Assembly (NCBI GenBank): GCA_964035545.1
Contig: OZ037771.1
Coordinates: 12,156,480-12,220,479 of the forward strand
Source of the DNA: Bugula neritina
Lineage: Eukaryota; Animalia; Bryozoa
DNA: 64,000 nt
Direction: 5' to 3'
Part shown: positions 52,648-64,000 of the stretch, piece after piece
How the letters are laid out: each line of letters starts with the position of its first letter
How positions within the stretch are numbered: the stretch's first letter is position 1
Made by a program: the position numbers and the translations under genes
Notes under the pieces: generated by a model
The model's input: the letters and a program-made list of their open reading frames with translations, nothing else
Told to the model about the DNA's origin: nothing
Database searches by the model: none

Positions 52648-55600
52648 ACATATAAACAAAATCAATTTAAATTGCAATATGTGGATAGGGCATGCTAAAT
52701 GAAACTTTTTCATCTTTTTAATCAACAAACCATCTTTTCCGAGCATAAATTTTTTTCACGCTACAAACTTGGCTGAAAAAATGCAAAAGTTACCAGATTA
52801 AAGTTATTGACTTTTATGATAGCATACCAGATACGGCACTTTAAAACACCGCATGCGGTCAGGTATCAGTAGCTTGGAGGTTCAACTGAGAAACGAGTGT
52901 TTTGCCTCCAGAGAGCAACAGGAAATACAAATCAAATTTTTACAACAAAATAAAATTAAGAAATTTAATTTAATATATAAACTAAAAATGTTGGTTGGAC
53001 CAGAAATTGACAGGCAGCAAGTTTTGCCGCTTTATGCACAAACCGTAAAATAAGTTGGCAATGGGCAAAGTAGAAGTTTTTTGCATTATTTAAAAAAAGT
53101 AAATACCAACAAATGAAATTCATATATGTGGCTGCGGAGGGCTCTTGACTGAAAAAGTCAGAGAAAAAAATTGAATCAAAAATTGCATCATTGTTCTTTA
53201 TTATCGTCTATGTCTTGCCATGTAATATATGAATCTATATACTAGTATAAACCACATCATGGGCTACATATTTTTGTAGAAGTTTTCAGCAACTTCATAT
53301 TTAGAAAAATTTGCAAATTGTTAAATTTTGCAAAAAACTACTATTTTTATCAATGATGAATTTAAAATTTACTAAATATTTAATTGCTTCAATTGTATAG
53401 CATCAACAGACTGATTCGTGTTTAAAATAAAGCAGATGCATGAAATGAATATTATAATACGTCTAAAAGCTTTGATGATCTTGAGCTACCTTTTTGATTA
53501 GGTGAATAAAAACTATAGTCAAATCAACACTGCACACTTCATAATAAAAGTGCATGCTTGTATTGTGTTTGGTTTTAATGTGGGCTTCTGATTGCATTTC
53601 TTATTCATGAAAGATTTGGTTGATTGGGAGTTGTTTTTATTTGTTACACTTACAACTATGAGATAATAAAGCATCAAATTTCTAAGTTTAGTTTTGTGAA
53701 TTTGTTCAAATTTACAATAGTAAGTTAACAATGCTATGCAATTATTATGCCCACTAATTACCTATGCAACTTTTGATTCAATATAATTTTTTAGTAGCAA
53801 ATAATAATGTACAAAGATTTTAGCTTTTATACAATGCGTCGAAAACTAATTTTATTTTAGTGCAAACTTGTGTGGAAGCCGCTCCATGTTATACCAGATC
53901 TGAAAAAAGATGCAACAGCGACAGAAAAACAGTTTGCATAAGCAAATATCTGGTTCTAAAACTAATATTGATAGAGTACTATTCCAACTTAAACAGCATC
54001 ATAAAGACTCTGTTTTAAATCCTTGAAACTTACAAACAACATCGTTGAATCATACTCTGTTAAATAATTGGGGTTAGCTGTACCTGCTATAACATGACAC
54101 TATGACACTGTTCTGGTTTATCTGGGCTATAATTGTCTGTTATCAGTTGGCTAATTATTGTTAACATTTTAAGCCTAGCTTCGTTCATTCACGATCAACA
54201 CAAGCACATTATTTGTAATCAGAAATTAAAGCATTATAATTATCTAATAAGTTTATTACTTTCTTGGCTAATATAGATTTATTTCATATTCAACTATAAG
54301 CTTTAAAGGATTAAAAATTCTATTTGATTTTATAGCTTATTAGGCAAGACTTGTGGCCATATTACTTATGCTATATTTTTAGCAAGTGAGAAAGACTTTC
54401 AGATGGGAATAAAATGGTTACATAAAAATAAAATACTATTCGAATAATCAAGGACATTATGTTTATAATAACTGCCTTAATGATCCAAAGTGTATAAAAT
54501 TTTAAACTATTGCTGATGCCATCTATTTTAGTAAAATACATGTTATGTTAATCTATGCATTCCAATATTATTATATATTATTAGCTTATATATATCAAAA
54601 CTTTTACAATAGATAACTATACTAAGCATAAACACAATCACTTATAATTTAAATGCTTATAAAACTTGCTATGAATAGTTGAGGTTATTAGTAATTTTTA
54701 TATCTATGTGAATATCTTTATTGTACTTGTGATATAAACATAAAGGTGAATTTTCTAGCCCGACTAGAACAGGCTTTGAAATTTAGGATGAAGCCACAAT
54801 AAATATATGGAGCATATCACAGAGCCTATAAGAAAGTTGTGTCTTTCCAGAAATAGAGACAGATGACCTGAACTTTTCGATGCAATGAAAGTAATTCAAT
54901 TAAAACTCATAAGCATAACATGTTTCACCTGAACATAAAATATATTTTGTGGGAACAAAGAAAAATCTGTTAGAAAGACCACGGAAGGAAAAGGTCTCAT
55001 GCATGATTTTAAAATTCAATGCTCAACTAACAACAAACCGGAATGCACATAACTGAAAGCAAAATCAAATTGGCACAAGACTATTCTATCAGAAAACTAA
55101 TATTTCTAAAAACAGTGCATGCAACATTATTCAAAAATTTGACAAAAGCAATATCAAAATCAATAAGTAGACTTTAGCAATATTGAAACCTTCAGCTTTT
55201 CTTTTAAACAGCATTAATGTTTTTCAGGCATCAAATATTGTATTTACTGTACATATGGGCGCTCAATAAATACAAAAGTTACCAAAGCAATGTTGCTAAC
55301 TTTTATGATAACATACCACCAGATGCAGGATTTTACAACACCGCAGTCAAGTTTCAGTAGCTTGGGGTTTGATTAGGAAAAAAATTTTCTGCCTCTAGAA
55401 ATCAACAAGAAATGCAAACTATATTAAAAAAAAGTAATTTGAAAAAATAGAAAATAAAATCACTGGCATGAATTATGATGAAAATATAGAAGCATTTGGA
55501 TTCAGCATCTATATAAAAAAATTGATTCAGTTTAACTACAAAGGTAGTGTTACCATTTTTAATATTCATATAATGGTATCATGATGCGCAAAGAATGTCA

Positions 55601-58600
55601 TTCGGGACATCCATAAACTAACCATTAGGAAAATTAAATGATTTGCTGCGATTTATAGCAGAAATTTAAACATAAAACTTCAACATCATTGATGAGGCCA
55701 CAATAACTAGAAGAAAAAGGGTCTTGTTTGTTAAAAACATCAGTGTGAGATGTTGCTGAGTTTTTTAGTGCAAGAAAAATAATCTAATATATGAACTAAA
55801 AACAATTGATCAGACCATGGACAAAGTTGGCAATGGGCAAAGTAGTAGCTCGATCTTAGCATTATTTAAAAAACTGGTAAATTTAAATACAAACAAATTA
55901 ATTTCATCTATGTGGCTATTGAGAGAGTACGACTGAAAACATCAGAGAAAAAGATGTTGATTCAAATATTTTTTATTTCTCTTTATTATAAGTTACTTGT
56001 TGCCATATATTATATTAATCTACTGATCTAAAACATATTATCTTGTATTACAATTAAAATGTTATGATATTTTTAGTTATATTCAAGCAAGTCTATATTT
56101 AAAAAATTTGCAACTGCTTTGATTTTGTAGCTGCTATATTTGTGTCAGACTATACGCATTAAATAAAAAATTGACTTATAGCCTTTTTATAGCCATATAA
56201 CTGACTGATATGTGTTTGAAGTTAGCAAATAAAATAAATATTATAATGTTCGTACATATTTTGATAATATTGAGCTACTCTCACAATTAACTTACTGGAG
56301 ACTATATAGTCAAATCAATACTGTACATTCCATGCTAAAAGTGCATGTCTGCATGCATTGTGTTTGAATTGTGTATGTGCTTCTGGTTGCATACTTTATT
56401 CAAGAAAGATTATGTTGATTGCGAGTTGTTTTAATTTATTACACTTACAATCACGAGATAGTAATTGAAGCATTAAAATTTTACGTTTAGTATTGTGAAT
56501 TTGTTTAATTTTACAGTTGTGAGTAACAAATGCGATAAGAAAATTATTTTGACCCGTAATTCCAAATGCAAGCTTTTGACCGAATAGTGTGTTTTAGCAA
56601 TAAACAATAGTTTATACGACTTTTAACTTTTTACAATGCATCAAAAACAATTCTATTCTAGTATAAACCTGTGCAGAAGCTGAGCCATGTTATATCATTT
56701 GTGAAAGTAGCTGTGTTAGAAATAAAAAAAGAGTCTTAGTAAAAAGAGTGCCTTGTTCTAAAACTAATACAAATGCAGTGGCCTCACAAAATCTCTGTTT
56801 TGGTGCTACAATTTTGTGAAAAACATTTTGTTACTACTGCATTCTGATATATTATTCTGTTTTGGTTAGCTGTACTTGTTACTGGTTTCAAACTTGTTGC
56901 TGCACTGACACTATTCTGATTTATCTGGGCTATAATTGCCCAGCACCTGTTGACTGCCTATTATTAATTATTTTTAAGCTGAGCTCCTGTCATTCACAGT
57001 TAACATATGCACATTACTTTAATTAAAAATCAAAGCATTCTAATAGCTAGCTTAAGCCATATACACTCATGCCCAACTGGTACATCTGCTGTATGGAAGT
57101 GGTAGATGAATGGTGATGAAATAATGCTTATAATGCGGTTGAGGTCTTGATTAACATAGATTTATTTGATATTCAGTTACGGTGTGAAAGATTATGAATT
57201 ATATTTGACTTTGTAATTCACATTCAAGACTCCCAGTCATATTATTTACCTTACCCATAACGGTTTAAAAAGTCTTTTAAAAGGGTATAAACGGCTACAT
57301 AAGAAACGGTCCTCAAATCAAAAAAATATTCATATGATCATGTTTATATAAACTGCATGAATAATCCAAAGCATAGAAAATTTTAAGTTGATCTTCGACT
57401 AGCTGCAATTTAGATGTCATAAAATTTGCAATCAATGACCATACTAAACATGGCCATACAATCAGTCGAGGTCATTAGAAGTTTTTAAATCAACGTGTAT
57501 ATCTCTTCATTGAACTTGTGATGTAAACATAACAGTAAATTTCTTCACACAAGCAAAGTAATCTAATAAGAACTAAGCATAACATGTTTCACTAAAACAT
57601 AAAATATACAATTTTATTGCTCTTTTTGAGCAAAAAAAGTGTGCTAGAAAGACTAAGGAAAGGAAAGGCCTCAAGCATGATTTTAAAATTCAATGCTCAA
57701 CTACCAACAAACCAGAATGTGCAACTGGAAACAAAGTCAAATTGATGCAGGACCATTCTATAAGAAAACGAATACGTCTAAAGACAGCTCATACATGTTC
57801 ACTCAAAAATTTAACAAAAGCAATTTCAAAATAAATAAGTAGACTTTAGCATTATTTAAACCTTCAACTTTCCTTTTAAACGGTAAATAATATCTTTTAA
57901 GAATCAAATCTTGTATTTGCTATACATATGAGCACTCAATAAATACAAAAGTTACCAAGGCAATGTCGTTGACTTCCACGATAGCCTACCACCAGATGCA
58001 ACATTTTAAAGCACAGCAGTCAGGGTTCAATAGCTTAGAGGTTTAACCAAGAAAAAAGTTCTCTGTCTTCAGCAATCAACAGTAAGTACAAATCAAGGTT
58101 TTAAAAGAAATAACTTGAAAAAATAAAATCAACAGCATGAAGACAAAATGATAAAACTATTTTGATTCCGCATTGATGTAAAAAAAATTGATTCGGTCTA
58201 TAACTACAGAAATAGAAGTATCATGGCCTGTCAATAATGCATCTTTGTGTATTCATTTCAAATGAGCTAGAATAGAGTAAAAAATCTTGTATCCCCAATA
58301 TCATTGAAGATATTCATGAACTAACCAATATAAAACATAAAATGACCTCCAGTTACATAGCAGCAATATAAACATAAAACTTTGACATCAATGATGAGGC
58401 CATGATGATTATAGAAGAACCAAAAAGTCATGCTTGTTGAAAACAACAGTGTGGGATGAGCAGAGTTTAATACAAAAGAAACAATCTAATATTTGAACTA
58501 AAAAATGGTCAGACCAGAAATTGCCAGGCAAAATTTTTATATATATGCCTTTTTATGACCAAACCATGAAAAGAGTTGGCAATGGCTACTAGAGTTATTT

Positions 58601-60487
58601 TCAAACTGGTAAATGAAATTCATATACGTGGTTTCTGACGGATCTTGACTAAAAAAGTGCAGAAAAAGAAATTGAATTGAATATTTCATTACTTCTCTTC
58701 ATTATAAGCTACTTGTTGCCGTATACTATGTTAATCTGCTGATCTAAAACATATCACGTATTACAGCTAAGATGTTAAGATTTTTTTAATTATCTTTAAG
58801 CAAGTCTATATTTAAAAAGTATGCGCCAACTGCTTTAATTTAGTAGTCGCTATATTTGTGTCAGAATATACTAAATATTTCTGTGCATTTTATAGCTTTT
58901 TTAAAGCCATATATAACTGACTGATATGTGTTTGAAGTTAGCAAATAAAATAAATATTATAATGTACGTACATATTTTGATAATATTGAGCTACTCTCAC
59001 AATTAACTTACTGGAGACTATATAGTCAAATCAATACTGTACATTGCATGCTATAAAAGTGCATGTCTGCATGCATTGTGTTTGAATTGTGTATGTGCTT
59101 CTGGTTGCATACTTTATTCAAGAAAGATTATGTTGATTGCGAGTTGTTTTCATTTATTACACCTATAACCAAAAGATGGTAAAGTATTAAAATTCTAGAT
59201 TTAGTATTGTGAATTTGTTTGATTTTACAGTTGTGAGTAACAAATGCGATAAGAAAATTATTTTGACTCGTAATTCCAAATGCAAGCTTTTGACCCAATA
59301 TTATGTTTTAGCAACAAGCAATAGTTTATAAGACTTTTATCTTATCACAATGCATCAAAAACTAATTCTATTCTAGTGCAAACTTGTGCAGAAGCTGATC
59401 TATGTTATATCATTTGTGAAAGTAGCTGTGTTAGAAATAAAAAAAGAATTTTAGCAAAGATAGTGCCTTGTTCTAAGACTAATTACAGAATTGCAGTGGC
59501 ATCATAAAAAATATGTTTTAGTGACAAAATTCTGTGAACAACCATCTGTTACTACTGCATTCTGATATATTATTCTGTTTTGGTTAGCTGTACTTGTTAC
59601 TGGTTTCAAACTTGTTGCTGCACTGACACTATTCTGGTTTATCTGGGCTATAATTGCCCAGCACCTGTTGACTGCCTATTATTAATTATTTTTAAGCTGA
59701 GCTCCTGTCATTCACAGTTAACATATGCACATTACTTTAATTAAAAATCAAAGCATTCTAATAGCTAGCTTGAGCCGCATAGACTCATGCCCAACTGGTA
59801 CATCTGCTGTATAGAAGTGGTAGGTGAATGGTGATGAAATGATATTTAATGTAACTAATGTCTTGACTGATATAGATTTATTGATTATTTTGCTAAGCTG
59901 TGAAGGATTATGAATTCTACTCAACTCTGTAGTTTATTAGGCAAGACTTGTGGTCATATTATTTATCTTCCAATCCATCAAAACTAATGTTATTTTAGTA
60001 CAAATTTGCGTGGATTCTGTTCCATGTTTTGAAATTAGTGAAAGAAATGAGCAGAAATTTCAGTATAGTTACAAGGTAGAGGACTAGTTATTATCAGCTC
60101 ATAATCATGTTATGCTTGCAAAATATGTATGTTGGACGCTGGAATTTAGCAAACACAAATGAATTTTTTCAACACAAATTTGGTCAAATAAAATGAAATT
60201 CAGTGTAATTTTAAAGTAGAGTAATATTATGAGCAACAGCATAATTTTACCCTGTGTGGTCAGGTCAATGGAATTTAATCAAGAAGCAGGTAGAATAACA
60301 TCCCAACACAATTTTTATCCATGAGGTTGGAATATCAGCATAATATTACATTAATTGTAGCTATAACAACATAGCTAAACATTTGCAAGTACTGTTTTTG
60401 AAGTTTATAAGTAGGCCATAATAAATAAAGAATGTCAAAAAAGTCTACGAGCTTCCATTTGTCAAGAAACATCATCTAGAGACATAT

Positions 60488-61243
60488 CACAGGATAGTTA
60501 AGGGCAACCTTTTAGCTGCAACTGCCTTGCTGAGGTTTGCATTGTAATCATATGAGAATTCAGTACCAGTTAAATAAAATCTCACCTAATTGTGCTAGAG
60601 TCAAAATTTAAAAACTATGTTGTAGATCTTCTTTTTCTCCAGTGTAATTTTTTTGGAAATTTCAATTTCCATTTTTTTTGCAAAGTTATAGACAAAAAAC
60701 TTCCCAATTTTGGCCAATTTTGCCTGAAAAGCTGACTTTTCAGTACCAGTAAAATATCTCAGCAGCAAAGCATGATATCTGAATAAAAATTGCACTGCTG
60801 GAATCCTGAGATATTTCTCCAGTGTAAATTTTTTTCTTTTTCCAATAACCATTTTAGATTTCCCATAAATTGGTGATTTATACACTGAAAATGCCATTTT
60901 TTTTCATAGTAACTTAGCAGCGCGCAGTGCTTCACGCTTCAATGAGCACGTAGGGATGTGAAGATATTGGCGCGTACATGCTAATTACAGGCTTGCCAGC
61001 TGGCAGGCTATAATGAATAGCTTGCTTTGTACTTTGTTTATGTAGCACCTATAATGGAATTTTGATAGATAACGCAGCCCTAATGAAGGTTGCTGCTTAT
61101 TGGTTGTAGTTTGATCTTAGGCTAAACAATTGCAAGTAGGCAACACGCATGCCACCCGCAGAGTAGTATTATTCAAGAACCTTAACTACATTTTGAGAGA
61201 AATTTATGATATTCTTAGTGAGGATGCCCTTAACTATCCTGTG
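60488..61243. mobile_element. 756-bp non-autonomous DNA transposon (MITE) with perfect 19-bp TIRs and CAC...GTG termini
   Basis: cacaggatagttaagggca (60488-60506) is the exact reverse complement of tgcccttaactatcctgtg (61225-61243). A second copy lies at 28602-29289. Confidence 0.9.
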
Positions 61244-61369
61244 TAAGTTAATTTTTTAAATGCAAGCAGAGTAATCTAATTAAAACAAAATATTTTTCAC
61301 CAGAATGGAAAGGGCAAATATTTGTTACCTTTTTCAATGAGGTAATAAAAAAATGTATCAAAGTCGCCA

Positions 61370-61760
61370 TGCAAAAGAGAGGTAGAAGGTTTTAGCATAA
61401 TTTTGAAACTCAATACTAAGTTTCCAGCAAACCTGAATGCAAGTCAGGAAAAAGATCATGTTGATGCAAGGTAATACATAGGGGAATAAATGCTTTCAAA
61501 AACAATGCATGCAAGTTAATTAGAAAAATTAGCAAAAACAATTTCAAGGTTTAAATGTAGACTTTATCATTATTAAGTGAAACGTTCAAGCTTTCTTTTA
61601 ACCACCAAAGAATTTTTTATCAAGCATCAAATGTTGTATTTGTCTCACATATTTGGATTCAATAAAACACTATAATATTTATGGTCTTTGATAGCATAAC
61701 AACAGAGGTAGGTGCTTTCAAATCACCATGGTCAGGCATCTATAATTTTTCTTAAAAAAA
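61370..61760 (+). pseudogene. Highly diverged remnant of a further array unit
   Basis: GFSIILKLNTKFPANLNASQEKDHVDAR resembles GSSIIIKFNAQLPTNQNVQLEKNQVDAG. The associated Cys exon remnant is at ~59999-60076 (QICVDSVPCFEISER). Confidence 0.65.
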
Positions 61761-63182
61761 AAGCATTTTTGAATCAAAATAGAGCCAAACATAATGAATT
61801 TTTTTTGGTAAGATAAGAACTAAACTCTAATAAGCAGGAGTTTCAGTGTCACTTCAATAAAGGTAGAAGAACCTATAATCTTGTTATATATAGATTTAGG
61901 CATCTAGACTTTAAACAAGGGCAATAATGCATGCTTTTCCATGATATCAACAAAGTAATCGAAGTCAGTGCAAGTACAAAGAAAAAGTATAATTCCATAT
62001 TCCTATCATGTGGTCATAATTTACTGGAATACAGACTAAAACAGAAAAGCAAGTGCCAGGTTAAGAGTAAGTAATACTCATAATTATGAGACTTACTCAT
62101 GTTTATTATGAGTATGGACCTGCTATAAAGCTCACAAGCATCATTAACATTCATTATTGCTATATTCCACCTAAACTCAACGGAAAAATGAAATTGTCTT
62201 TATACTGTGAACATTAATTTTGTATTGTGACCTGCTCAGAAAATTGAATATAATTTATATCTACAACATAATTACTGCATGTGAGTACCACTACATAAAA
62301 GATTTGGACTTGGTTACTAAAAGTTAAGTAACCTTCCAGTCAGCTAAATATTATCACTTTGGAGCATGTGTGAAATTAATCATGAAACTTTTCAACATGG
62401 TACAGTTCAAAAGTTTACGCTTGACCAGTAATCTGAAGATAGCTTATGTTGTGAGCATGAGAATTGTGTTTTAGTTTGTTTATAGGTCCCTGCTGAAGTC
62501 AGGCTTTTTTCAGATTCTTGTTTAAAACTGTGATTCAGTTTAATTACTTTTACTAAGTTATTAGCATTTATCACTGTTATTATAATTTAGTTATATATGC
62601 TAATTGTAAGCTTACTCATATTTCAATAACATATTTTGACAACTTTTCATTGAGTTTTAGTTCAAAGATAGATTAGTAACAACCCAAAAGCCAACCCAAA
62701 TGTCAATTATCTAATAAAAAGAGTTGAAATTATCAAAGATAGCCTGAGTTTTGATTAAGTATTGAGGCTGACACTAAAACAGCAGCTTTTATATAACACA
62801 TTGGCTCACCAACAAGAACCTTTTTAGCTTCAAAAAAACTACCTGGTGATCTTATACATATTACTGAAGATAATTATATTACAACAACAATAAAAGATAG
62901 AAATTATATACTTGCATTGCAGGTATGCAGTAGTAACTTTTCCATGTCTTCACCATTTAGCTCCTTACCACAAAAGACTGTCAGTAAAACTTCTGTTAAC
63001 CATTGGGCATATTTTAGCTAGCGCCCATTAATCAAAATTGACACTAATCTTGTGCAAATTTGTATCAAGAGGAGTATATCCTATATAACGCACTATTTAT
63101 AATGTCTAATAGCTCAATGTCTGGTATTTTTGAACATATTTGCAACTAAAATATGTAAGTATAACACTTGTGTAAAATATTT

Positions 63183-63250
63183 CCCTTACTGAAATTTGAA
63201 CTGCAGACTTCTGGCTTGTAAGCAATTGTGCTAGCCGTTGAGCAGCTGGA
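63183..63250 (-). mobile_element. Degenerate tRNA-like SINE head
   Basis: Minus strand gctcaacggctagcacaattgcttacaagccagaagtctgcagttcaaattt has A- and B-box-like spacing. Confidence 0.35.
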
Positions 63251-63314
63251 CAATTATGTGTTGTTGGAGAAATGCATTCCTAAAATTCATATGAGCAATG
63301 TAAAAGGTGTAGAG

Positions 63315-64000
63315 CAGGGATGGGCAAATGGCGGCCCGCGGGCCACATCAGGCCCTTCTACTGTTTTAATCAGGCCCTCAGCCAATCACTAGCAATTCTA
63401 ATAATGTATGTACTAAGCAACACTGTCCAATCATGAACATAACTCATGAGAAGATTCTGGCCAATGCATAGCTGCTGTAACTAATGATCACGCTTCAGTG
63501 AGCACAATTATAGCAGTATTACAATTTGAGTTATGTGATATCCATGCTGCAGCAGATCAATTTATCACTTTGCTGCTGCAACAACAACATATAGCTTTTA
63601 CACTTCACCAGTAACCAGTGAGAAGTACCCTTCAATAACTAAACTGGGACTAAGAGTACTGAGCATATTTGGTTATACTTATAAATTTGAATGCATGTTT
63701 TCTAGCATGAACCATATAAAAATAGTAATAGAACACGCTCACCAATGGGCATCTGCAAGATTTGCTTCGAGTAGCCACACATGAACCCATTACTAGCAGT
63801 GACATTAGTGCTATTATGGCTAACAAAAGTGTTTTTCATACTTCTCACTAATTCCAGTACTATAAGTGTACCCAATATATTATTTGCTGCTTTCTTGCTT
63901 AGGAAACTATATACAACTTGTTGTTAAATTAATAAACTGTCATATCTTTTGTATTCTGCATCTACAAGCTACTTTCAGCCCAGGAAACTGGAAAAAAGCA
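63315..64000 (+). mobile_element. Internally deleted hAT transposon (Charlie/Buster/SPIN type); right end probably just beyond the window
   Basis: Left end cagggatgggcaaatggcggcccgcgggccacatcaggccc, preceded by gtgtagag (close to the nTCTAGAn target). ~63520-63851 encodes, with frameshifts, QFELCDI..KYPSITKLGLRVLSIFGYTYKFECMFSSM..LTNGHLQDLLRVAT..HTSH* (hAT C-terminal dimerisation region). Confidence 0.88.

Larger units (their letters stand above)
38712..59970 (+). repeat. Tandem array of ~2.8-kb units (starts ~38712, 41521, 44321, 47121, 49655 truncated, ~53400 diverged, 56180, 58890 partial)
   Basis: Identical ORFs at 40274, 43074 and 45874 (period 2800). Marker gccatataactgactg..atgtgtttgaagttagc recurs at the unit starts, and only in degraded form in the diverged ~53400 unit. 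Confidence 0.97.

Noticed and set aside
60601-60897. 98-aa ORF inside the MITE
   Set aside because: Not preserved in the second copy (28602-29289) and has no transposase motifs.

Overview
AT-rich eukaryotic (very likely invertebrate animal) repeat-dominated DNA with no intact protein-coding gene that I can support. (1) 1-26567 is a giant inverted duplication. Its arms are ~10.2 kb (1-10214 and 16435-26567, the left arm probably continuing beyond the window) around a ~6.2 kb spacer. The arms carry a decayed R4/Dong-type RLE retrotransposon, a ~40-bp RTE micro-insertion and arm-specific events (a tRNA-SINE, a 127-bp triplication). (2) 28602-31132 is a CAC-ended MITE copy followed by a (TA)n-embedded Penelope-like element with an inverted 3' repeat and two minimal hammerhead ribozymes. 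(3) ~34047-35600 is a decayed spliced minus-strand gene for a Cys-rich, TSP1-like protein. (4) ~37750-62000 is an array of ~2.8-kb units in the opposite orientation that are themselves decayed paralogues of that gene. Three units are near-identical at an exact 2800-bp period, and the array is interrupted by RTE retroelements and a MITE. (5) A deleted hAT (Charlie/Buster-type) element runs off the 3' end. All coordinates and alignments were read by eye and no searches were run.
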